This document shows positions 57,617-64,000 of a stretch of DNA of 64,000 nt, in pieces. Numbering within the stretch: position 1 is the stretch's first letter; each line of letters starts with the position of its first letter. The stretch covers positions 792,462-856,461 of the forward strand of contig OY970293.1 of NCBI GenBank assembly GCA_963716195.1, given 5' to 3'. A model generated the notes under the pieces. The model was given only the letters and a program-made list of their open reading frames with translations. It was not told where the DNA came from and ran no database searches. The DNA comes from an uncultured Solirubrobacterales bacterium (GTDB taxonomy: Bacteria > Actinomycetota > Thermoleophilia > Solirubrobacterales > JBBDJG01). The translations under genes and the position numbers were made by a program.

Positions 57617-58383
57617 ACCTGCGTCTGGACCTCACGATGACCTGGGCGCTGATGCGGCGCGGCTTGAACGAGGTCGTCCGGGTGCCGGGCGCTGCGGTGC
57701 CGGGCATCCTCGCTCCCACCATCTTCATCTGCGGCCTGACCGCGGTGTTCGGCAGCCTCACGCTGCTTCCCGGCTTCTCGACGGAGGACTACATCACGTT
57801 CATCCTGCCGGTCGGGTTTCTGCAGGGCTCGGGCTTCACCGGGGCGGCCACAGGCGTGAACCTCGCGCGCGACATCGAGCTCGGTTGGTTCGATCGCCTG
57901 CTCGCCTCGCCGGCGCCGCGCGGCGTCTTGCTTGCCGGAACCGTGCTGTCGGCGAGCCTGCGCGCGCTGCTCCCGGTCACCCTCCTGATCATCGTCGGAA
58001 TGTCGCTTGGCGCGAGCTTCCCCGGGATCGACGGACTGGCGATCGCGGTGCTGTTCGCGGCCGGCTTCGCGGCGGTGGCCGCCTCCTACGGCGCGACGAT
58101 CGCGCTGAAGTTCAAGACCCAGGCCGCCGCACCCCTGATGCAGGCCGGCGTCTTCATGGCGGTGCTGTTTACGACCTCGTACGCGCCGCAGGCGCTGCTC
58201 GAGGGTTGGCTCCAGGACGTCGCCAAGTTGAACCCGGTCACGCAGATCCTCGAAGCGGTCCGGCAGGGCTTCGTCGGCGACGTCACCTGGGCCGACACCT
58301 GGCCGGGGTTGCTGTGCCTAGCCGGCCTCGCCGTGGTCGTCGTGGCACTCGCGATGCGCGGGCTGGAACGCTCCTCAGAGTAG
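57613..58383 (+). CDS. ABC-2 type transporter permease (second subunit)
   Basis: 256 aa with six hydrophobic segments. ATGA overlap with the first permease. Confidence 0.8.
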   Translation: MNLRLDLTMTWALMRRGLNEVVRVPGAAVPGILAPTIFICGLTAVFGSLTLLPGFSTEDYITFILPVGFLQGSGFTGAATGVNLARDIELGWFDRLLASPAPRGVLLAGTVLSASLRALLPVTLLIIVGMSLGASFPGIDGLAIAVLFAAGFAAVAASYGATIALKFKTQAAAPLMQAGVFMAVLFTTSYAPQALLEGWLQDVAKLNPVTQILEAVRQGFVGDVTWADTWPGLLCLAGLAVVVVALAMRGLERSSE

Positions 58384-58408
58384 AGCCGCCGCCTCTACCA
58401 TCAGCTGC

Positions 58409-58927
58409 ATGGCCCAGAAGGCCGACACGATCGATGTCGACTCCCTCAACCTGCGCTCGGGCGGCGGGGCGCGCTTCGACGCCAAGGTCGGCATGCAGCC
58501 GGTGCATGTGGGCGGCCAGGAGTACTCGGTCGGCGGCGGAGAAATCGAGGCACATGTGGACGTCTCGCGCACGACCTCGGGGTTCGCTTTCCGGCTGCGC
58601 TTCGAAGCCCCGCTGGCGGGACCGTGCATGCGCTGCCTCGCCGATGCCGAGCCGGTGGTGAGCGTGGACGCCCGCGAGGTAGAGCAGCCGGGAGAGGCGG
58701 AGGAATTCCACAGTCCCTACTTCTCCGACGGCCAGCTCGAGCTCGCGCCGTGGGCGCGCGACGCACTGGTGCTGGCGCTGCCGACCCGCCTCCTGTGCCG
58801 GGATGAGTGCCAGGGGCTGTGCCCGGTCTGCGGCGCAAACCTCAACGACGCCGATCCGCAGGAGCACAGGCACGAATCGGGCGGCGACCCGCGCTGGGCG
58901 AAGCTGCGCGAGCTGAAGCTGGAGTAG
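58409..58927 (+). CDS. yceD: DUF177/YceD family protein (23S rRNA accumulation protein)
   Basis: 172 aa with the C-terminal CRDECQGLCPVCGANLND motif. Usual partner of rpmF. Confidence 0.85.
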   Translation: MAQKADTIDVDSLNLRSGGGARFDAKVGMQPVHVGGQEYSVGGGEIEAHVDVSRTTSGFAFRLRFEAPLAGPCMRCLADAEPVVSVDAREVEQPGEAEEFHSPYFSDGQLELAPWARDALVLALPTRLLCRDECQGLCPVCGANLNDADPQEHRHESGGDPRWAKLRELKLE

Positions 58928-59041
58928 CGGGCGGACGAGCCTCACACTTTCTTTCCTTGCTGCTCGGGTAGGGTCGGGCCGAGCGTCCGGGATCACGGAG
59001 GGTCGCCCGCACGCCAAGCTGGATTCGCAAGGGGGGCAGCT

Positions 59042-60367
59042 ATGGGGTGTGCACGCGACCCGTCGGCTCGGAACGGAGGACGCGTAGTGCGCTTTCTCCT
59101 GATCGCGGGAGGTGCCCTGCTGATCGCGGGCCTGGTGGCGATGCCGGCCTCCGCGCAGACGACCGGGACACTCATCGTGACGAAGGACGCTGTGCCCGAC
59201 AGCCCGCAGGACTTCAATTTGACGATCAACGGCGGCGGGGTGAGCGGCTTTTTCCTTTTCGACGACGATGCCGACCCAACCCTCCCGAACACGCGGACGT
59301 TCACCGTCAATCCCGGCAACGTCTTCGTGAACGAGAACGGTCCGCCCGCGGGCTGGTACCTCGCCCAGGCCACATGCAACGACGGCAGCGTGCCCCCCAA
59401 CGTCTCCGTATCGGCCGGAGAGACCGTCACCTGCACGTTCGTAAATCGGCATACGGGAACGCTCATCGTGAAGAAGGACGCGGTCCCCGATGACCCCCAG
59501 GACTTCCTCTTCCTCGTAGCGGGCAGCTTCTACAACTTCGATGACGACGCCGACCCGGCTCTCCCAAACACGCGAACGTACTCTCTGGCTCCCGGCGGTT
59601 ACTTCGTGGGCGAGTCGAACGTCCCCGCAGGCTGGTACCTCGCCCAGTCTTCGTGCGACGACGGGAGTCCAACCAACAGCGTCTCCATATCATCCGACGA
59701 GATCGTCACCTGCACGTTCATAAATGCGCGGACATACGCTCGTCCCGCCAGCGCGACGCCGCTGCGTGTGCCGCTCGTGAACGCCTACACGCCGTGCACC
59801 GCCCCTAACTCCACGCACGTCGGCCCGCTGAACAGGCCCTCCTGCACCCAGGTCGCGCTCGAGTCCTCCCAGCTCAAGACGAGAGCGGTTGGATCCGCGA
59901 GCGGATTCGTGCTGCTGAAGGACCTGCCCGGCGACCCGAACACTCCTGCCGACGAGGCCGACGTCCAGATCACGGCTCAGACCACGGACGTGCAGCGCAC
60001 TTCGAACAGCACCGACTACACCGGCAACGTGATCGTGGCGATGCTCCTGCGCATCACGGACCGGGCCAACAATCCGAATGGGGTGACCTCGGCGACGGTG
60101 CAGGACTATCCGTTCGGAGCACCGATGAGCTGCACGGCCACCGGGGGCGTAGCCGGCGCGGCCTGCAATCTCTCCTCGACGCTCGACACATTGGTGCCGA
60201 ACATCGCCCAGGAGGGCAAGCTGGCCGTTTTCCACGCCCTCGAGGTCTCCGTCAAGGACGCCGGCCCAAACGGCATCATCGAGCCGCCCGGCTCGCCCAC
60301 CTGCCCGCCCACATGCGGCGACGGGGACGAGCAGCGGTTCATGAGGGAAGGGGTTTTCACGCCCTAG
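59042..60367 (+). CDS. secreted protein with two tandem ~97-aa Ig/prealbumin-like domains plus a C-terminal domain
   Basis: Signal peptide [23 protein letters not shown]. Repeats TGTLIV(T/K)KDAVPD..PQDF...DDDADP.LPNTRT...[12 protein letters not shown]...VTCTF.N at nt 59162-59453 and 59454-59731. Confidence 0.7.
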   Translation: MGCARDPSARNGGRVVRFLLIAGGALLIAGLVAMPASAQTTGTLIVTKDAVPDSPQDFNLTINGGGVSGFFLFDDDADPTLPNTRTFTVNPGNVFVNENGPPAGWYLAQATCNDGSVPPNVSVSAGETVTCTFVNRHTGTLIVKKDAVPDDPQDFLFLVAGSFYNFDDDADPALPNTRTYSLAPGGYFVGESNVPAGWYLAQSSCDDGSPTNSVSISSDEIVTCTFINARTYARPASATPLRVPLVNAYTPCTAPNSTHVGPLNRPSCTQVALESSQLKTRAVGSASGFVLLKDLPGDPNTPADEADVQITAQTTDVQRTSNSTDYTGNVIVAMLLRITDRANNPNGVTSATVQDYPFGAPMSCTATGGVAGAACNLSSTLDTLVPNIAQEGKLAVFHALEVSVKDAGPNGIIEPPGSPTCPPTCGDGDEQRFMREGVFTP

Positions 60368-60407
60368 CCGGGCCCGCAATAGCCTCTCGCTATCCTTCGC
60401 AGGCCTC

Positions 60408-60608
60408 ATGGCCGTCCCAAAGCAGAAGCAATCGAAGTCGCGTCGCGACAAGCGGCGGGCCCAGCACAAGATCTCGTCGCCCGCGTATGTGACGTGCCCG
60501 CAGTGCCATTCGCCGCGGCGGCCGCACCGGGTGTGCCCGGAGTGCGGCTACTACGCGAAGCGCCAGGTGATGGAGCCGGCCTCCTCCAAGGGCGCAGAGG
60601 AGGAGTAG
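60408..60608 (+). CDS. rpmF: 50S ribosomal protein L32
   Basis: [18 protein letters not shown] with zinc-ribbon CPQC...CPEC. Confidence 0.95.
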   Translation: MAVPKQKQSKSRRDKRRAQHKISSPAYVTCPQCHSPRRPHRVCPECGYYAKRQVMEPASSKGAEEE

Positions 60609-61672
60609 TAGCCCGCATCGCGGTAGACGCGCTCGGCGCCGACCTCGGCGCCGGCGAGGTCACGGCCGGAGCGGTGCTGGCGGCGCAGTCGGGCACCCAT
60701 TGCGTGCTGTTCGGGCCGCGCGGCGAGATAGAGGCTGCCATGCCGGGTGGCGGTCGCGCGGAAATCGAGATCGTCGACGCGCCGCAGGGGATCGCCAACG
60801 ACGACGAGCCCGCCAAGGCCGTGCGCTCTACGCCCGACGCCTCGATCGTGCAGGCGGCGCGTGCGCTCGGATCAGGCGACGCCGACGCCGCCGTGAGCGC
60901 GGGCTCCACCGGCGCTGCGCTCGCTGCCGGCCTCCTGTACGCCAAGCGCCTGCCCGGCGTCTTTCGCCCCGCGGTGGCGGTGTCCGTACCTGCGCCCGCC
61001 GGCCGCGTGCTGCTGCTTGACGCGGGCGCGAACGTGGAGGTGCGCCCGGAGCACCTGGTCCAGTTCGCATTCATGGGCGCCGCGTTCAGCGAGCGCCTGC
61101 TCGGGGTCGAGCGCCCGCGGGTTGGTCTGCTCTCCGTGGGCGAGGAGCGCGGCAAGGGCACGCCCGCTGTCGCCGAGGCGCACGCCAAGCTCGCGGCCAG
61201 CGCGCTCGACTTCGCCGGCAACGTCGAGGGCAACGACATCCCGGAGGCGAAGGTCGACGTGGTCGTGACCGACGGCTTCACTGGCAACGTCGCGCTCAAG
61301 GTGATGGAGGGCACCGCCCGCGCCGTCACCGGCGCTGTGCGCGAGGCGGCTCGCTCCGGCCCGCTTGCGACGCTCGGCGGACTGCTGCTCCGGCCCAAGC
61401 TGGCGGGATTGCGCGCACGACTCGATCCCGAGGAGGTCGGCGGCGCCTACCTGCTGGGACTGCGGCGCCTGATCGTGATCGCCCATGGGCGCTCGACGCG
61501 CCGCGCGATCGCCAACGCCATCGCGCTCGCGCGGCGGGGCGTCGAGGGGGACGTCGTCGGAAAGACCGCCCACGCGCTTGCCGAGGCGGGCGTCCTGCGC
61601 GGACGCGAAGATGACAGCGGAACCGCCGGCTCTGTGTCCGTTGACGCTGATAGCGTCAAAATCACCTCATGA
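60494..61672 (+). CDS. plsX: phosphate acyltransferase PlsX (5' boundary uncertain; conserved core begins about 60614)
   Basis: IAVDALGAD and [11 protein letters not shown] motifs. The only upstream canonical start is ATG 60494, which overlaps rpmF by 115 nt. Confidence 0.85.
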   Translation: MPAVPFAAAAAPGVPGVRLLREAPGDGAGLLQGRRGGVVARIAVDALGADLGAGEVTAGAVLAAQSGTHCVLFGPRGEIEAAMPGGGRAEIEIVDAPQGIANDDEPAKAVRSTPDASIVQAARALGSGDADAAVSAGSTGAALAAGLLYAKRLPGVFRPAVAVSVPAPAGRVLLLDAGANVEVRPEHLVQFAFMGAAFSERLLGVERPRVGLLSVGEERGKGTPAVAEAHAKLAASALDFAGNVEGNDIPEAKVDVVVTDGFTGNVALKVMEGTARAVTGAVREAARSGPLATLGGLLLRPKLAGLRARLDPEEVGGAYLLGLRRLIVIAHGRSTRRAIANAIALARRGVEGDVVGKTAHALAEAGVLRGREDDSGTAGSVSVDADSVKITS

Positions 61673-61929
61673 CCAGCGCCAGCCGCGAGGACGTGCTCCA
61701 CCTCGTTCGCTCGCACCTGTCCGAGGAGCTCGGGCTCGACTCGTCCGCAATCGAGGAGGGCACGCGCTTCAAGGAAGACCTCGAGGCGGATTCGCTCGAC
61801 CTCGTCGAGCTCGTGATGGAGCTGGAGGACCGTTACGGGATCCGCATCAGCGAGGAGGAGGCGGAGCGGATCAAGACCGTCGGCCAGGCGGTCGACTTCG
61901 TGCTCGCGCACGCGCCTACAGGCTCCTGA
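61669..61929 (+). CDS. acpP: acyl carrier protein
   Basis: 86 aa with phosphopantetheine site LEADSLDLVELVMELE. ATGA overlap with plsX. Confidence 0.93.
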   Translation: MTSASREDVLHLVRSHLSEELGLDSSAIEEGTRFKEDLEADSLDLVELVMELEDRYGIRISEEEAERIKTVGQAVDFVLAHAPTGS

Positions 61930-62606
61930 GCGAGCAGCTTGAAACGCTTCGGGCTCTGCTGGACGAGCTGCCGGAGGACATCACGCGCCAGGCCTTCTCG
62001 CATGCGTCGTGGGTCGACGACCGCGCCACGTCGTTCGAGCGTCTCGCCTTCCTGGGCGACAGCGTGCTCAACCTGGCCGTGTCGCGCTCGCTCTTCCCGC
62101 GCTTCAAGCGCCACACTGCGGGCAGGCTGACGAAGATCCGGGCGCAGACGGTCAGCCGGCGCTCGTGCGTGCAGGTCGCCAGGGCGCTCGACGTGCCGGA
62201 CCGCATGCGCGCCGTTGCGCCCGCCGGCCAGGTTCCGCTGGTCGAGGCCCCGATCGCCTCCGAGAGCGTCCTCGCCGAGGCGCTCGAGGCCGGGATCGGC
62301 GCCTGCTTTCTCACCTACGGGTTCGAGCGCACCGCGAGCGCCGTGACGGAGGCTTTCGAGCCACAGATCGAGCTGGCGATCGCGACCATGTTCGACTTCA
62401 AGAGCGAGCTCCAGGAGCGGCTCGCGCAGCGAGGCGAGCTCGTCACCTACGCGGTCGTGGACGAGCAGGGCCCGCCGCACGACCGCCGCTTCGAGACCGT
62501 CGCAGAGGTCAACGGCCGCCGGCTCGGCGTGGGCGTCGGGCGCTCCAAGAAGGAGTCTGAGCAGGAGGCGGCAAAAGAGGCATTGGCCCAACTTGGAGAA
62601 ATGTGA
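61926..62606 (+). CDS. rnc: ribonuclease III (start apparently CTG)
   Basis: RNase III signature ERLAFLGDSVL and a C-terminal dsRBD (GRSKKESEQEAAKEAL). There is no ATG, GTG or TTG in frame between 61485 and the conserved core. Confidence 0.85.
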   Translation: MSEQLETLRALLDELPEDITRQAFSHASWVDDRATSFERLAFLGDSVLNLAVSRSLFPRFKRHTAGRLTKIRAQTVSRRSCVQVARALDVPDRMRAVAPAGQVPLVEAPIASESVLAEALEAGIGACFLTYGFERTASAVTEAFEPQIELAIATMFDFKSELQERLAQRGELVTYAVVDEQGPPHDRRFETVAEVNGRRLGVGVGRSKKESEQEAAKEALAQLGEM

Positions 62607-62645
62607 GGCGGCGGGGTCTGCCGTCGCCGCTACCTTGAGCCCTCC

Positions 62646-64000
62646 ATGCACCTGAAATCGATCACCGTCAAGGGCTTCAAGTCCTTTCCCGACCGCACGC
62701 GCCTGGAGTTCGGTCCCGGCGTGAGCGTGATCGTCGGTCCCAACGGCAGCGGCAAGTCGAACATCACCGACGCGGTGCTGTGGGCGCTCGGCGAGCAGAG
62801 CCCGCTGGCGGTCCGGGGCCAGTCCATGCAGGACGTGATCTTCTCCGGCTCCCAGGGCGTCAGGAGCCGAAGCGCGGCGGAGGTCGAGATCGTGATCGAC
62901 AACGCCGCCGGCAACCTTCACTCCGAGTTCTCGGAGATCTCCATCATGCGCCGGCTCGACCGCTCCGGAGAGGGCGCGTACCGCTTGAACGGCGCTCGCT
63001 GCCGGCTCGTCGACGTGATCGAAGTGCTGTCGGACAGCGGCCTCGGCAAGGAGATGCACTCCGTCATCAGCCAGGGCCGGGTGGAGGCGATCATCCACTC
63101 CAAGCCGATCGACCGCACCGCCTTGATCGAGGAGGCGGCGGGCCTCAGCAAGCACCGCAAGCGCCGCCACCGCGCGCGCCTGAAGCTCGAGCGCACCCAG
63201 GACAACCTCGACCGCGCGCTCGACGTCGAGCGCGAGGCCCGCTCGCGGCTGCGGCCGCTCAAGCGGCAGGCCGAGGCGGCGGAGCTGCACGCCCGGCTCG
63301 AGCGGCAGAGCCTCGAGCTGCGGGGCAGCCTCAGCTCCGACTCCTTACGTCTGACCCGCGCCGAGCTCACCGCGGCCGAGAGTGCGGCCGCCGCCGGACG
63401 CGCGCGACGCAACGAGCTCGACAACGAGCAGAGCGCCGTGGCGCATCGCCGCGAGGCGGTGGAGAACCGCCTGACGGAGCACAGCCGGGCGCGGGACCGA
63501 CTCGCCGCCGGCCTGTTCGACGCTCGCTCTGCGACCGAGCGCATCTCGCTCAGGCTCGACTCGGTGCAATCTACGGCGCGCGCTCTCGAGGTGCGGATCG
63601 AGCGTGCTCGTCCGGCACTGGCGCAGCCCGCGGACGACGGTTCGCAGGCGCAGTCGAAGTTGGACGAGCTGGAGGGCGAGCTGCAGAGCCTGGAGCAGCG
63701 GATCGACGCTGGCCTCGGCGCGGAGGTGGAGGAGTGCGAGCGAGACAGGCGCGAGGCTGAGGCTGTGGCGACCGAGCTCGAAGGGGCCGGCCGGGCCAAG
63801 GAGGCCGCGGTCGAGGCGGCCGAGCGCGCCGTCGAGGAGGCGCGCGCCGCCGCCGCGGGCGCGGGCGAACTTGCGCAGGCCCTGGTGAAGGAACGCGCCG
63901 GCCTGGAGGCAACGCTCGAGCGCATCGACGCGCTGCGGCGCATCGACGGCCGCGGGACCGGCCCGGTGCTTGCCGACGGCGTTCGTGCCGACGCGGGCTT
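62646..64000 (+). CDS. smc: chromosome segregation protein SMC (5' part; continues beyond the window)
   Basis: Hand translation from ATG 62646 gives MHLKSITVKGFKSFPDRTRLEFGPGVSVIVGPNGSGKSNITDAVLWALGEQS, followed by coiled coil. The frame is open to position 64000, so it is absent from the ORF track. Confidence 0.93.
   Translation, partial: MHLKSITVKGFKSFPDRTRLEFGPGVSVIVGPNGSGKSNITDAVLWALGEQSPLAVRGQSMQDVIFSGSQGVRSRSAAEVEIVIDNAAGNLHSEFSEISIMRRLDRSGEGAYRLNGARCRLVDVIEVLSDSGLGKEMHSVISQGRVEAIIHSKPIDRTALIEEAAGLSKHRKRRHRARLKLERTQDNLDRALDVEREARSRLRPLKRQAEAAELHARLERQSLELRGSLSSDSLRLTRAELTAAESAAAAGRARRNELDNEQSAVAHRREAVENRLTEHSRARDRLAAGLFDARSATERISLRLDSVQSTARALEVRIERARPALAQPADDGSQAQSKLDELEGELQSLEQRIDAGLGAEVEECERDRREAEAVATELEGAGRAKEAAVEAAERAVEEARAAAAGAGELAQALVKERAGLEATLERIDALRRIDGRGTGPVLADGVRADAG

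Noticed and set aside
61833-63290. 485-aa minus-strand ORF
   Set aside because: It is antisense to rnc and smc, whose plus-strand translations are unmistakable.
1-64000. Search for tRNA, rRNA, CRISPR arrays, toxin-antitoxin pairs or defence islands
   Set aside because: Every intergenic region longer than about 100 bp is accounted for by repeats, leaders or promoters. I saw no cloverleaf-like sequences, regularly spaced direct repeats or typical defence gene signatures. This is a by-eye check only; tRNAscan-SE, Infernal and CRISPR finders should confirm it.

Overview
High-GC (roughly 70%) bacterial chromosomal segment made almost entirely of core housekeeping genes, mostly on the + strand. 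The gene order looks Actinobacteria/Thermoleophilia-like; that is an inference from gene order only. In order: ftsZ; an FAD oxidase; the glycine cleavage operon gcvT-gcvH-gcvPA-gcvPB; trpS-scpA-scpB; rluB; an aromatic amino-acid cluster (aroH-hisC, then DAHP synthase-tyrA-aroA); cmk-der; metK; priA; def-fmt-rsmB-rpe; the riboflavin operon ribD-ribE-ribBA-ribH; rpmB-yloV-recG; rsmD-coaD; yceD-rpmF-plsX-acpP-rnc-smc, with smc running off the 3' end. Lineage-specific inserts sit between these blocks. They are two tandem pairs of SnoaL/NTF2-like paralogues, a secreted parallel beta-helix protein, and a polyprenyl-phosphate-type glycosylation module (MOP flippase, methyltransferase, GT2, two GT-C membrane glycosyltransferases). 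There is also an ABC-2 exporter and a secreted tandem-domain protein that splits yceD from rpmF. I found no rRNA, tRNA or CRISPR array and no recognisable defence island. The most interesting signals are non-coding. (1) An intact IS30-family element has inserted, with a 3-bp duplication, into the palindromic centre of a MITE-like repeat. (2) That repeat family (terminal inverted repeats GGGCAYCGARGGRG) has five copies in the window. (3) A second repeat family (terminal repeats TAGATGAYTGATT) has two copies, which supply the recG stop codon and fill an operon gap exactly. (4) Three conserved genes (a SnoaL paralogue, rnc, plsX) have conserved N-termini that lie upstream of any canonical start codon. 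Two of them have a CTG embedded in a CTGA overlap with the upstream stop, matching the many ATGA/TTGA/GTGA overlaps in this window. Many long antisense ORFs in the track are GC-bias artefacts.
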